From an uncultured Spartobacteria bacterium (GTDB taxonomy: Bacteria; Verrucomicrobiota; Verrucomicrobiia; Chthoniobacterales; Terrimicrobiaceae): a stretch of 64,000 bases of DNA. The stretch spans positions 36,949-100,948 of the forward strand of contig CALFPA010000131.1 in the NCBI GenBank assembly GCA_937919825.1. The letters are read 5' to 3'. The notes beneath the pieces were generated by a model that saw only the letters and a program-made list of their open reading frames with translations, ran no database searches and was not told where the DNA came from. Every line of letters begins with the position of its first letter. Positions within the stretch are counted from its first letter, which is position 1. The translations under genes were made by a program, and so were the position numbers. Positions 63,961 through 64,000 of the stretch are shown here, in pieces.

Positions 63961-64000
63961 CACCGCTTGGCTTAGATTTTTATCCGCCATGCGACCCGAA

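Noticed and set aside
63989-64000. ATG at 63989 (atgcgacccgaa), considered as the start of a ptsI-like gene after ptsH.
   Set aside because: Only four codons are visible before the window ends, so this cannot be supported.

Overview
High-GC bacterial chromosomal segment (GC judged by eye, not computed). Gene content suggests a Gram-negative of the PVC/Verrucomicrobiota type: hprK-ptsH next to kdsA-lptCAB, fused secDF, PP2C and Hanks-type kinases, and many GC-rich extragenic hairpin repeats. That taxon call is inference only. About 60 protein genes and one tRNA-Ser(CGA) are supported. Most are housekeeping: rsmE fragment, rfbD, prmC, pdhABC, rplI-dnaB, aroK, gluQ, rlmN, yajC-secDF, nuoEF, cfa, acs, exbBD, nadA, rluD, dusB, kdsA-lptCAB, hprK-ptsH. 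No CRISPR array, integrase, transposase or recognisable defence system was seen. The most interesting locus is a five-gene, translationally coupled operon at 36316-45134. It encodes a BcsB-like periplasmic subunit, a DUF2334-like periplasmic protein, a TPR plus beta-barrel outer-membrane protein, an NfrB-like processive GT2 synthase with two degenerate MshEN-like C-terminal domains, and WecB. I read it as a synthase-dependent exopolysaccharide machine, probably ManNAc-based. It combines Bcs/Pss-type and Nfr-type parts in an arrangement I do not know to be characterised. It ends at a tRNA-Ser whose 3' end is duplicated as a 25-bp direct repeat. Secondary items: a 128-aa minimal kinase-fold protein coupled to a PP2C phosphatase; AT-hook-like motifs on the tail of a GT-C-like membrane protein in an ntrC-like/rlmN operon; a chemotaxis-less CheB-CheR-PAS operon; three extragenic repeat families with compensatory stem changes; an orphan RelE-like gene; a structured nadA leader. 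All functional calls come from reading translated motifs by eye. No database search was run.
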